Made by a program: the position numbers and the translations under genes. A stretch of 62,597 bases of DNA, filler included. It is 8 parts of 8 records of this genome, joined end to end, with 100 filler letters (N's around TTAATTAATTAA, not from the genome) between each part and the next. Parts side by side here need not be neighbours in the genome. Positions count along the whole stretch, not along the records: positions 37,609 to 43,616 come from SRR31147125_53436; positions 43,717 to 48,838 come from SRR31147125_53464; positions 48,939 to 54,220 come from SRR31147125_53481; 5 more parts are not named here. One strand, given 5' to 3'. Positions 40,863 through 51,156 of the stretch are shown here, piece by piece. Numbering within the stretch: position 1 is the first letter of the stretch; each line of letters opens with the position of its first letter. Under the pieces are notes generated by a model. That model was not told where the DNA came from and searched no databases. It saw only the letters and a program-made list of their open reading frames with translations.

Positions 40863-41276
40863 TCACTCTTCATATTTATCATCGTCTTCATCATACTCAT
40901 CTTCATCGTAGTCTTCCATCAGATAAGCATCCAAAGACTCCAGAACTTCCTCGGCCCTGTGATAGTCCTTTTCATCTACATAAATAGTTTTTTCAACTTT
41001 AGACTGATGGGTATACAATCGCTTTAAGGTAACTCCGCCTTTTGTCCTTACCAAATATGGTATGTCCATCTCATCCAGCATTGAAGCAACATACAAAAAC
41101 TCAACTGTATTTATAAAGGTTTCCAGTACTACCTCATTTTCCAGTACCGTTATTTCCGGCTCTTCCTGAGAATCGTCAACTTCCTCTAGCAGTTCATCGA
41201 CTAAATCCACTTCGCAGTCTGCACACTTTGTAAACCCTTCTCTGTATTCAGCTCTGCATTTAGGACAATATGCCAT
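40863..41276 (-). CDS. Zn-ribbon plus DUF2007-like protein
   Basis: CPKC..CADC, then L..MDIPY..IYVDEKDY..A. Confidence 0.75.
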   Translation of the reverse strand: MAYCPKCRAEYREGFTKCADCEVDLVDELLEEVDDSQEEPEITVLENEVVLETFINTVEFLYVASMLDEMDIPYLVRTKGGVTLKRLYTHQSKVEKTIYVDEKDYHRAEEVLESLDAYLMEDYDEDEYDEDDDKYEE

Positions 41277-41319
41277 ATAATCACTCCTTTATTTATATAT
41301 ATTTATTTGGTAGTTTATT

Positions 41320-41730
41320 TTATTCGTCATCGTCTAATAATTCCCTATTAATTGAGGCGACGATCTCCAGTGCCTGCTTATAGTTGTTTTTATCAACATA
41401 TATGGTTTTGCCCATGTAGCTTGAGCCAAAATACACGGTAAGATAATGCCCTGCGCCCTGTTCCATCACTCTGAACGGAATATTTTCCTGCTCCAATAAT
41501 GAAGTAATGTATACAAACTGTACTTCATTATATGCGGTTATTAATGGGATTTCATTCCCTAGCGGGGGCTGTGGTTTAACCTTGCCTATGGTTTCCCTTT
41601 GCTTTTGCTGTTCTGTTTGATCTTCTGTTTGCTCATCAGGCAACAGCTCATTTACTAAATCTACATCGCAGTCTGCACACTTAGTGAATCCGTCCCTATA
41701 TTCAGCTTTGCACACCGGGCAATATGGCAT
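41320..41730 (-). CDS. Zn-ribbon plus DUF2007-like protein (paralog)
   Basis: CPVC..CADC, LLEQENIPF..IYVDKNNY. Confidence 0.75.
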   Translation of the reverse strand: MPYCPVCKAEYRDGFTKCADCDVDLVNELLPDEQTEDQTEQQKQRETIGKVKPQPPLGNEIPLITAYNEVQFVYITSLLEQENIPFRVMEQGAGHYLTVYFGSSYMGKTIYVDKNNYKQALEIVASINRELLDDDE

Positions 41731-42085
41731 ATAATCACTTCCTTTATCTTAACCCTAGCTTACCACATTGCCCTTTTGTTTACAATATTATTGTTAGCAA
41801 ATACATATAAATCAAGTATAAATTATACTATTGGTGTACCCCAGCGTCATTTTTAATCTGGCGTATATTTTTTCGTATGGGTCTTGAAATAAATATAAAT
41901 AATATGCCCAGCAATATGCACAATAGTCCCCCTATGGTCAGCTCCTAAGCACTTAGATATGGATTAAAAAGTTAATATACTACATAGCCATTTAAATCTT
42001 TGCCTAGCGAAAGTTGAAATGCATAATTTTGTTAACCATTGTAAAAGTAAAAAAAATTACCGAAATTCAGTAATCTTTCTTTTAT

Positions 42086-42694
42086 CTATTTTATACACTT
42101 AATTATATAATACCCTTTATCCTTAGCAATAACTTCACCGTTTCCATAAATACCCTTAAGATGCTTAATAGCTGATGGAGCACCCTGCTTTTTCTGTATT
42201 ACACAGTAAAACCTGCCGCTTGAATCTAGATAATCTATGCTGTTTGTAAACCATTTATAATAAACTGCTTTGCCTGCCCTAATAGGGGGATTGGTGACTA
42301 TCACATCAAAGACATCATTTATGTTTTCAAAGCCGTCACTTTGCACTACCTTTGCTTTAATATCCTTGGAGTTTTGTCTGGCTAAATTAACTGCTCTTTC
42401 GTTAATATCACACATAGTAACGCTACAGTCAAATATTTTGCCAAGGGCTATTCCAACTACTCCATAGCCGCAGCCAATGTCTAACAAACTTTTCGGCTTT
42501 TCTTCCTTTGCCACAGTATTTATTAAAAGGTTTGAGCCGAAGTCAACGGTATGCTTGCAAAATACACCATCTGCCGTTGCTAGCTTTATGGAGTGTTTAC
42601 CTGCATTATAAACTATATCATAGGTCTTAAAGTCAGAAGTAGGCGACTTAGTATAATAATGCTCCTGAGCTTTTTTATCATCATTTTTTATCAT
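42086..42694 (-). CDS. Class I SAM methyltransferase (RsmC/YbxB-like)
   Basis: EHYY, GVF..VDFGS, LDIGCGYG, TNPPIRAGK, QKKQGAPS, DKGY. Confidence 0.88.
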   Translation of the reverse strand: MIKNDDKKAQEHYYTKSPTSDFKTYDIVYNAGKHSIKLATADGVFCKHTVDFGSNLLINTVAKEEKPKSLLDIGCGYGVVGIALGKIFDCSVTMCDINERAVNLARQNSKDIKAKVVQSDGFENINDVFDVIVTNPPIRAGKAVYYKWFTNSIDYLDSSGRFYCVIQKKQGAPSAIKHLKGIYGNGEVIAKDKGYYIIKCIK

Positions 42695-42726
42695 ACCTTA
42701 TCTTTCCTGTTAAGCAGATATTTTAT

Positions 42727-43616
42727 TTATGCTTTCCTCGCAATCATATTAATAGCACCCACTTTACATGCTTTTTCGCACGCACCGCAGCCTACACACT
42801 TATCAGCAATCACCTTATGCACTTCCTTTAACGCACCTTCTATTGCATCATATTCACATGCGCGCTTGCATAGTGTACAGCCCACGCATTTTTCCTCAGT
42901 TATGAATGCCACCTTTTGCTTGGATCTGTCAAATGCTATACATTCTCTCGGGCACTTTTCAGCGCATACTCCGCATCCGACACACTTTTCATAGTCGATA
43001 ACAGGCAAATCGTCAACCATCTCTATTGCATTATGAGGACAAACTCTTGCACATATTCCGCAGCCTATACAGCCTACGTTGCATGCATTGCGAACCTCGG
43101 CACCTTTTGCAGTAGCTCTGCACTTTATGATTACTGCTGCTGATTCTGGAAGCAGCCCTATTATGCCTCTAGGACAAACAGCCGCACATTTTCCGCAGGT
43201 TATACATCTGTCTTTATCAATTTGTGCAACACCATTCACTATCTCGATAGCATTTGTAGGGCATACCTTAGCGCAGTTACCAAGACCTAAGCAGGCATAT
43301 TTACACGCTTTGTAGCCGTCGGCTAATTGTGACGCCGCCGCGCAGTCATCTATGCCTTCATATGTATATTTTAAATTAGCATTTTCTATTGTGCCCTGAC
43401 AGCGAACCACCGCTACTAAAGGCTCCACGCTGTCTGATTCAACACCCATGATTTTGCCAAGCTCTTCAACCTGCTCTGCCGTGCAGACAGGACAGCCGTT
43501 AATTTGTGCATCTCCCTCGGCTACAGCTTTTGCAAAGCCGTCACATCCGGGATATCCGCAGGCACCGCAGTTAGCCCCCGGCAGTGCTTCACGAACTTTT
43601 ATTATCAAAGGATTGC
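42727..43616 (-). CDS. rnfB: Rnf complex subunit B (polyferredoxin), 5' partial
   Basis: LPGANCGACGYPGC, KACKYACLGLGNC, multiple CxxCxxCxxxC motifs. Confidence 0.92.
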
Positions 43617-43716
43617 NNNNNNNNNNNNNNNNNNNNNNNNNNNNNNNNNNNNNNNNNNNNTTAATTAATTAANNNNNNNNNNNNNNNNNNNNNNNNNNNN
43701 NNNNNNNNNNNNNNNN
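43617..43716. other. Artificial contig spacer
   Basis: N-run with TTAATTAATTAA. Confidence 0.99.
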
Positions 43717-43723
43717 AAAAAGG

Positions 43724-43749
43724 TCGAACGACTAAATTTGGTCGGTCGA
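43724..43749. promoter_or_regulatory. Palindromic putative TetR operator
   Basis: TCGAACGACTAAATTTGGTCGGTCGA is self-complementary at 22 of 26 positions and ends 18 nt before the tetR ATG. Confidence 0.55.
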
Positions 43750-43767
43750 ATTAATTTGGAGGTCTCT

Positions 43768-44406
43768 ATGAGTTACCAGACGAGTGAAAAAACCAGGCAG
43801 TCCTTGATCGACGCAGCGGGAGAGCTAGCTGCTGAAAAGGGGTTCAGTGCCATCTCAACCCGATCGATTGCGCAAAAAGCGGGAGAGAACATCGGTAGCA
43901 TTCATTACCATTTCGGCAGCAAGGAGAAGCTGTTCGAAGCGGTGATGCATGCGGTAGCCGAATGTTGGGTCGCATCTCCTCTCGAAGATTTGGTGCTGAG
44001 CTGCGATCTGGACACGGCATTCGGGCAGGCCGATGCGATTCGCAAGATCTATCAACGGAAATGTGAGCTTCTCTTTGACGAGGAAAAGCCGAGCTGGCAC
44101 AGCCGTGTGGTTTACCAGATCATGCATTCACAAGGGGCGCTTCTTGACGGTTTCAGGGCGCTGGTGATTGATCCGGATCAGTCGGCCGTCGGTCAGGTCC
44201 TGAAGGCGATCCATCCGGAGCTCGACGAAGAAGGGATTATTCTCCATTACGTCCTGATGTTTACTCCCCTGTTTTCACATACTGATTACGAAGAAGCGAT
44301 TCTGCTGAAGCTTGGTAAGAAGGCTTATGACACAAGCTATATCGAGAAACTTGTAGAGACGTGCACGCGTCAGACATTGATGCTTCACGGTCTTCCTCTC
44401 GAATAA
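43768..44406 (+). CDS. TetR-family regulator (CerR/CecR-like)
   Basis: HTH TRQSLIDAAGELAAEKGF..STRSIA..IHYHFGSKEKLF; GGAGG ribosome-binding site. Confidence 0.9.
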   Translation: MSYQTSEKTRQSLIDAAGELAAEKGFSAISTRSIAQKAGENIGSIHYHFGSKEKLFEAVMHAVAECWVASPLEDLVLSCDLDTAFGQADAIRKIYQRKCELLFDEEKPSWHSRVVYQIMHSQGALLDGFRALVIDPDQSAVGQVLKAIHPELDEEGIILHYVLMFTPLFSHTDYEEAILLKLGKKAYDTSYIEKLVETCTRQTLMLHGLPLE

Positions 44407-44442
44407 AACACCCAACCCGAACACCTATTGATAGAAAGAAAA

Positions 44443-45295
44443 ATGATGAAAAGAACGATCCTACCCTCCATGTTGGCGCTGCTGTCCGCCTTAACGTTTA
44501 TCCTGCTTTCGGGAACCTTTTCAGCGGCCAGTGCGGAGACGCCTCTTCTGTCAAAGATCGGGCGCTCTTATCCAGGGACGATACTGGCCAGCCGCACAGT
44601 TCAGCTCGCCTTTCGTATTTCCGGACCTCTGACGCAGGTCAATATAGAACCGGGGATGTCGGTTAAAAAGGGACAGCTGCTGATGCAGGTTGACCCGCGC
44701 GATTTCAAAGACAATATCTCCGTTCTCGAAGCCAATCTGGAAGGGACGAAAGCGCAGAAGGTTCTGAGTGAACGTGATTTTGAGCGGGCGCGAACCCTGT
44801 TCGATCAGCAGGTCAGCGCCAGCGCCGACTTTGACCGGGCCAGGGGGGCTTTTGACGCCGCTGCGGCTGGTGTTCAGCGGGCTGGAGGCACAGCTGAGAA
44901 TTGCCAGGCATCGCTTGAGTGATACAAGCCTGAAAGCACCTTTCAGCGGGGTGGTCACCGAACAGAAGGTGGAAAACTTCGAAATGATCCAGGCCGGCCA
45001 GGTTGTTGTTGTCCTGCAGGATGATGCCAGTCTGGAGGTTGAAATCAGGGTCCCGGAAAACGAACTGGTCGGCTACTCTCTCAAGCCAGGAGCAAAGGCC
45101 GCGTTTGAACTGGGTGCTCTACCGGGGCGCCGTATCGAAGCCCGTCTGAAGGAATGGACTCCCATGGCTGATCCGGTCACCCGGACCTACGCTCTGCGGT
45201 TTGTCTTTTCAACACCCGATGACGTCCAGGTGCTTCCCGGAATGACGGCGGATGTTTTTTATAACGGACCTCAGGCGGTTTCGGAGCAGAACTGA
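44443..45295 (+). CDS. RND periplasmic adaptor (MFP), apparent frameshift near 44880
   Basis: LAFRISG..VKKGQLL, then LKAPFSGVV..DPVTRTY..LPGMTA in the next frame. Confidence 0.85.
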
Positions 45296-48200
45296 TGAAA
45301 AAAGGGAATCTGTTCGCGTTGCAGAAACGCACCCTGATGATCGTTTTTACCGTGCTGCTGGTTTTTGCGGGGATTTTGTCCTATCAGAAACTTGGTCGTT
45401 TGGAAGATCCGACCTTTACCATTAAGACCGCTGTTGTCGCGACGGCTTACCCGGGAGCGAGTCCCGCCGAAGTTGAAGAAGAGGTGACCGACCTGATCGA
45501 AGAGGCGATTCAGGAGATGGGCCAGGTCAAGAAGATCTACTCAACGTCGCAGGAAGGCTATTCGTTTGTTTATGTCGATATGAAGGACACCTTCAAATCG
45601 CATGACCTACCGCAGATCTGGGATGAACTGAGGCGCAAGATCGCAGATGTGCAGGGTGCTCTGCCATCGGGAGCGGGGCCATCAATTGTCAATGATGACT
45701 TCGGGGATGTTTACGGGGTTTTTTTCGCGGTGACAGGAGAGGGCCTGAACAATGCCGAACTGAAGGACTATGCCGATGAGCTGAAAAAAGAGCTGCTTCT
45801 GTGTGACGACGTTGCCAAGGTTGATCTTTGGGGGGTGCGACAGGAAGCGATCTTTGTCGAGTTCAGGCAATCACAGCTGGTCCAGCTGGGGCTGACACCG
45901 CAGCAGATCATGGCGACCCTTCAATCCCAGAACAGAATCCAGAACAGCGGTAAAGTCAGGGTTGGCGATGACTACCTGCGGATCACGCCGACCGGAAATC
46001 TGAGCAGTGAAGAGCAGATCGGCGATCTGTTGATCGGCAGCGCACGCGGCATGCTGCGTTTGAGTGATATCGCTGAGATTTCCCGCGGTTATATCGACCC
46101 GCCGCGCAATATGATGCGCTTCAACGGCAAAGAGGGGATCGGCCTGGGAATTTCGACCCTGGATGGCGGTAATGTCATCACCATGGGAAATTCGATTGAA
46201 CAGCGGATTGCTGAGCTGAAGCCGAACAAGCCGGAAAATGTCGAGCTTCAGGCGATTTATTATCAGAGTAAGGTGGTCACTGAGTCGGTGGATACCTTTG
46301 TGCTCAATCTGATCGAGGCGGTGGCGATTGTCATTGTTCTGTTGATGCTGTTCATGGGTTGGCGTACCGGAATGCTGATCGGAGCTGTCCTGCTGCTGAC
46401 GATCCTCGGGACCTTCAGTGGTATGTTTGTCATGGGGATCGACCTGCAGAAGGTGTCTCTGGGGGCTCTCATTCTGGCTCTGGGGATGCTGGTGGATAAC
46501 GCGATCGTTGTCGCGGATGGAACCCTGGTCCGTATGGAGCACGGGGACGACGTTGAAACAGCCGCCGAGAAGACCGTCAAGGCGACGCGCTGGCCGCTGT
46601 TTGGTGCGACCATTGTTGCCATCCTCGCCTTTACCGCTATCGGTTTCGCGCCGGGCAATGTGGGGGAGTTCTGCCGTTCCCTATTTGATGTCATGGCGCT
46701 GTCCCTGTTTATCAGCTGGATCCTGGCGATTACGGTGACCCCGCTGTTCAGCGTCTGGTTCTTGAAGCAGGCGAGCAATGGTGAGGACCATTCCCATGGG
46801 CGGGGTTTAAACCGTCTCTACCGCCGTTCGCTTCATCTGGCGATCTCCTGGCGCTGGGTGGTGATTATCGTGACAACAGCGGCACTCGGGTTGGCCCTGT
46901 TCGGGTTCAGCCTTGTGCCCAAAGCTTTTTTCCCCGATTCGACCCAGCGTTATTTCTTCGTTAACTACTGGAACCCTCAGGGTACCCATATCGATAAAAC
47001 TGCTGTCGATCTGGAACAGATTGACCAGCATATCCGGAGCTTGGATGGCGTCGTTAACACGACATCGTTTATCGGTGAAGGTGGCATGCGTTTTATCATC
47101 AGCTACGACTACCAGACACCGAACAGCGGTTACGGACAGGTTCTGGTTGAAGTGGATGATTATCACCGGATTGATGACCTGCTTGTCGATGTGGAACGCT
47201 ACATGGCAGATCATTTCCCTCAATCAGAACCCTACGCGCAGAAGATTCAGAATGGACCGGCCCTGCCGTTCAAAATGGAAGTCCGCTTCCGTGGACCGGA
47301 TGTCGCTGTCCTGAAAGATTTGACGGCCCAGGCGGAACAGATCTTCATCGAGTCGGGCAATGCCCGTGATTTACGAACCGACTGGAGAACGCCGGTCGAC
47401 GTGATCCGGCCCGAATTTTCCCAGGTTCAGGCACGCTACGCGGGGATCACACGGAGTGATGTGGCCAATGCTCTGCAGTGGAACTTCAACGGGATTACCG
47501 CCGGGGTTTTTCATGAGGGGAACAAGTTGATTCCGATCCAGTTCCGTTCGCCGGAAAGGGATCGTGCCAGCGTCGAAAATCTGAATAATATGCAGATCTG
47601 GAGTTCCCTGCAGAACAGCTTTGTTCCGCTGCGGCAGGTGACAACAGAGATCACCTCGGTGGAAGAAGACGCTCTGGTCAAGCGCAGGAACAGGCAGCGG
47701 ACGATTGCGGTTCAGTGTAACCCGAAAGAGGGATTGCCGGCTGAATATCACGCGGCCATCCATCAGCAGTTCGAGGCGATCAAATTGCCGATCGGCTATT
47801 CGATGGAGTGGGGTGGAGAATATGAAAGCTCAGCGGAAAGTCAGGCTCCGTTGATGAAGGTCTTCCCCATCTGCCTGCTGGGGATGTTCCTGATCGTTGT
47901 CTGGTTGTTCGATTCGTTCCGCAGGCCTCTGATTATTTTCATGACCGTGCCGTTGTCTTTGATCGGTGTGACGGCCGGACTTCTGCTAACCGGACTGCCG
48001 TTCGGATTTATGTCGATCCTCGGCTTTCTCGGGTTGTCCGGGATGCTGATCAAGAACGCCATTGTCCTGATTGATGAAGTCGAACAGAATTTGTCGACGG
48101 GACTGGAGCCTTACAAAGCGGTGCTGGATGCTTCGGTCAGTCGTATGCGCCCGGTTCTGATGGCTTCCGGGACTACGATTCTGGGGATGGCGCCGCTGCT

Positions 48201-48336
48201 GTTTGATGCGTTCTATGCGGCGATGGCGGCGACGATTATGAGTGGCCTGTTTGCGGCGACCTTTTTAACCCTGGTGATCGTTCCAGTGGCCTATACACAG
48301 GTTTACAAGATAAAAGCGGAGAAAGAGTATGTTTAG
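45295..48336 (+). CDS. RND efflux permease (AcrB/VexF-type)
   Basis: LGRLEDP, YPGASP, LGMLVDNAIVV, GMLIKNAIVL, RMRPVLM. Confidence 0.95.
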   Translation: MKKGNLFALQKRTLMIVFTVLLVFAGILSYQKLGRLEDPTFTIKTAVVATAYPGASPAEVEEEVTDLIEEAIQEMGQVKKIYSTSQEGYSFVYVDMKDTFKSHDLPQIWDELRRKIADVQGALPSGAGPSIVNDDFGDVYGVFFAVTGEGLNNAELKDYADELKKELLLCDDVAKVDLWGVRQEAIFVEFRQSQLVQLGLTPQQIMATLQSQNRIQNSGKVRVGDDYLRITPTGNLSSEEQIGDLLIGSARGMLRLSDIAEISRGYIDPPRNMMRFNGKEGIGLGISTLDGGNVITMGNSIEQRIAELKPNKPENVELQAIYYQSKVVTESVDTFVLNLIEAVAIVIVLLMLFMGWRTGMLIGAVLLLTILGTFSGMFVMGIDLQKVSLGALILALGMLVDNAIVVADGTLVRMEHGDDVETAAEKTVKATRWPLFGATIVAILAFTAIGFAPGNVGEFCRSLFDVMALSLFISWILAITVTPLFSVWFLKQASNGEDHSHGRGLNRLYRRSLHLAISWRWVVIIVTTAALGLALFGFSLVPKAFFPDSTQRYFFVNYWNPQGTHIDKTAVDLEQIDQHIRSLDGVVNTTSFIGEGGMRFIISYDYQTPNSGYGQVLVEVDDYHRIDDLLVDVERYMADHFPQSEPYAQKIQNGPALPFKMEVRFRGPDVAVLKDLTAQAEQIFIESGNARDLRTDWRTPVDVIRPEFSQVQARYAGITRSDVANALQWNFNGITAGVFHEGNKLIPIQFRSPERDRASVENLNNMQIWSSLQNSFVPLRQVTTEITSVEEDALVKRRNRQRTIAVQCNPKEGLPAEYHAAIHQQFEAIKLPIGYSMEWGGEYESSAESQAPLMKVFPICLLGMFLIVVWLFDSFRRPLIIFMTVPLSLIGVTAGLLLTGLPFGFMSILGFLGLSGMLIKNAIVLIDEVEQNLSTGLEPYKAVLDASVSRMRPVLMASGTTILGMAPLLFDAFYAAMAATIMSGLFAATFLTLVIVPVAYTQVYKIKAEKEYV

Positions 48337-48838
48337 AGTTGTCACGTTTCTCATTGTTGTGTGCCTGGCAGGCAGCAGTACACTGTGGGCTCAAGGCTCC
48401 GCGATGGAAGGCCGGCTTCCCGAGGTTCCAGAGGGAACCTTGACGTTGATCGAAGCGCAGAGAATCGCGCTGACCAATGCGCCCGGAATCGATGAGGCAG
48501 TCGCCCGGATAGAGGCGGCCAGAGGGGTGGTTGATCGGGCTGAATCGAGTTTGTGGCCGCAGGTGTCGGTGACGGCCGGATACCGCCTGCAGGACAGTAC
48601 CATGCAGCCGGACTGGGATCCGACGGTCCGCATTGACGAGCAATTTAATAATCTGGCCGCGGGAATTCAGGTCAACTGGTTGGTGTTTGATGGTTTTGCC
48701 CGAAAAGCACGGATACTGGCAGCGAAGGCGGGTTCTGAAGGCGCGGAAGCCGGGTTGCAGGAGGCCAGACGGCTGTTGAGTGATGCTGTCGGCCAGGCCT
48801 TTTTTCAGGCGCAGTTGGCAGCGGAGAAGATGCGGATC
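48329..48838 (+). CDS. TolC-family outer membrane factor, 3' partial
   Basis: Signal peptide, LTLIEAQRIAL..P, WLVFDGF; operon context. Confidence 0.8.
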
Positions 48839-48938
48839 NNNNNNNNNNNNNNNNNNNNNNNNNNNNNNNNNNNNNNNNNNNNTTAATTAATTAANNNNNN
48901 NNNNNNNNNNNNNNNNNNNNNNNNNNNNNNNNNNNNNN
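48839..48938. other. Artificial contig spacer
   Basis: N-run with TTAATTAATTAA. Confidence 0.99.
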
Positions 48939-48983
48939 CAAATTGAATCGTTTTGACTTTAAAAAATAAATAGGAGGCAGGAA

Positions 48984-49406
48984 ATGGAATACAAAATTTT
49001 TGGAAAACATGTCGTTGCAAGAATGGATAAAGGAGAAGAAATCATCTCATGTGTGGAAAAAATTGCTGAAGCTGAAAATATTAAACTAGGTAAAATATCA
49101 GCTATTGGTGCTGTAAACGATGTCAAAATTGGTCTGTTCTTAACTGAAGAGAAGCAGTATACATCTAACGTATACAAGGGAGAGTATGAAATCGTTTCCT
49201 TCTCAGGTAATCTATCTACTATGGATGGCAAACCATACGTACATACTCACATCTGCATAGGTGACGTTAAACAGCAATGTTTCGGCGGACACTGTAATCA
49301 TGCATATGTAAGTGCAACATGCGAGCTGTTTATCGATATTATCGACGGAGAGATTGATAGAGAACTATCTAAGGAGATTGGTCTAAACCTAATTAAATAT
49401 CTGTAG
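48984..49406 (+). CDS. PPC domain (DUF296) protein
   Basis: RMDKGEE, SAIGAV, GNLS..HTH..FGGH..ATCEL. Confidence 0.9.
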   Translation: MEYKIFGKHVVARMDKGEEIISCVEKIAEAENIKLGKISAIGAVNDVKIGLFLTEEKQYTSNVYKGEYEIVSFSGNLSTMDGKPYVHTHICIGDVKQQCFGGHCNHAYVSATCELFIDIIDGEIDRELSKEIGLNLIKYL

Positions 49407-49946
49407 AAAAAAATCGTTAAAGAAAAATTAATAAATTAAAAATCAAATTAAAAAACAGAAGGGATTAGCAGTTATACACTGTTAAGCTCTTCTGTTTTTT
49501 TAATTGTAAATTATTATTATATACTAATCCGCAGAAAGCACCGCTAATTACATTTCCTATAGCATTTTGTAGATGTGTTTACGGGAAAAGAATTAAAAAA
49601 TAAAATAATTTAATGGCTTTTAAAATAAACTATCAATTTCAGTTTAAATAATTATAGGAACTTTATGATTTTTGCTTTAGACTCAAAGAAGTAGTGTAAA
49701 AAATCTATTTTTGCAGTAGAGTAGCCTAAATAAGAGACGGTTAATTTAGACTACCTAGCTACAAATTTATAAATATATGTGTAGAGAGTTAATTCATTCC
49801 ACTAATTAGAATTAATTTAACAAACTATTAAATACATAATCAAAGGTTATAAATTTAATAGTTTGTTAAGTCTTGCATGGCATACCCATAGCCATACAAG
49901 ACTTTTTTATAAATTAAGAAATAGCAAATTTTATTTGGTATTAGGC

Positions 49947-51152
49947 TTAGTTACATTTAACAATTACAGCTGTTCCCATTCCTCCACCAATACATAGAGA
50001 GGCTAAACCATATTTAAGTCCTCTTTTCTTCATTTCATGAATTAGAGTAACTAGTATTCTATTTCCAGACGCTCCTACAGGATGCCCTATAGCAATTGCT
50101 CCACCGTTTACGTTAGTTCTCTCAAGGAACCACTCTTTTGTAACTCCGTGATCTTCACAAAGTCCCGCTATTACACCTAATGATTGTGCTGCAAAAGCTT
50201 CATTCAGCTCAAGAAGTTCAATCTCTTCTAACTTCATTTCAGCATTTTTCAGGGCGCTGTTTACAGCAGCTACAGGTCCAAGTCCCATAACTTTTGGGTC
50301 TACTCCTCCTTGGCCAACGGCAACTATTTCGCATAATGATTCAAGGTTGTTCTCTTTAACTGCTTCTTCTGACGCAAGCATTACCATACTAGCTCCATCA
50401 TTTAAACCAGATGCGTTCCCCGCAGTTACTGTTCCGTCTTTTTTAAATACAGTTTTTAGACTTGCTAACTTTTCTGCATTTGTTCTTCTATTTGGATATT
50501 CATCTTTATCAAAATTAATTGTTTCTTTTCTTGTTTTTATCTCCACTGGGACGATTTCATCAGCGAATCTTCCTTCATCTACAGCTTTGATTGCTTTTAA
50601 TTGAGATGCTAAAGCAAAGTCATCCTGCTCTTCTCTAGTGATGCCATATCTTTCTGCGATATTTTCTGCAGTTACCCCCATATGAATACCATTATATGCA
50701 TCCATTAACGCATCAAGTACCATATGGTCTTTTAGAGTCATATCTCCCATTCTATGACCATTTCTAGTTGTTTTAGGAGTGATGTATGGTGCTTGTGACA
50801 TATTTTCGATTCCACCTGTGATTACAACATCTGAAAGTCCCGATTTTATTGAAGCATAACCGTTCATTACAGTTTTAAGTCCACTTCCGCAAACCATATT
50901 GATTCCATACCCACAAATTTCTTCAGGTAATCCCGATTTAATAACAACCTGCCTACCAGGCCCTTGTCCCTGACCTGCAGTTAACACATGACCAACAACA
51001 ACTTCATCTATTTTATTTTTATCAATTTTTGTTTCCTCTAATATATTTTTGATAACAACTGCACCCAGATCAGCTGCTTCAACATTTGCCAATGTTCCTA
51101 AGAAACTTCCAATTGGTGTTCTTTTTGCTGCTACGATATGTACTTTACTCAT
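49947..51152 (-). CDS. thlA: Acetyl-CoA acetyltransferase (thiolase)
   Basis: KRTPIG, NMVCGSG, NEAFAAQ, GGAIAIGHPVGASG, SLCIGGGMG. Confidence 0.95.
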   Translation of the reverse strand: MSKVHIVAAKRTPIGSFLGTLANVEAADLGAVVIKNILEETKIDKNKIDEVVVGHVLTAGQGQGPGRQVVIKSGLPEEICGYGINMVCGSGLKTVMNGYASIKSGLSDVVITGGIENMSQAPYITPKTTRNGHRMGDMTLKDHMVLDALMDAYNGIHMGVTAENIAERYGITREEQDDFALASQLKAIKAVDEGRFADEIVPVEIKTRKETINFDKDEYPNRRTNAEKLASLKTVFKKDGTVTAGNASGLNDGASMVMLASEEAVKENNLESLCEIVAVGQGGVDPKVMGLGPVAAVNSALKNAEMKLEEIELLELNEAFAAQSLGVIAGLCEDHGVTKEWFLERTNVNGGAIAIGHPVGASGNRILVTLIHEMKKRGLKYGLASLCIGGGMGTAVIVKCN

Positions 51153-51156
51153 TTTG

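Noticed and set aside
32170-43616. rnfB at 42727-43616 as the missing subunit of the rnfC-DG-E-A operon
   Set aside because: The two are on different contigs separated by a spacer, so the proximity is artificial.
49515-49585. Minus-strand fragment NAIGNVISGAFCGLV resembling a formate/nitrite transporter C-terminus
   Set aside because: Too short to support; possible remnant only.
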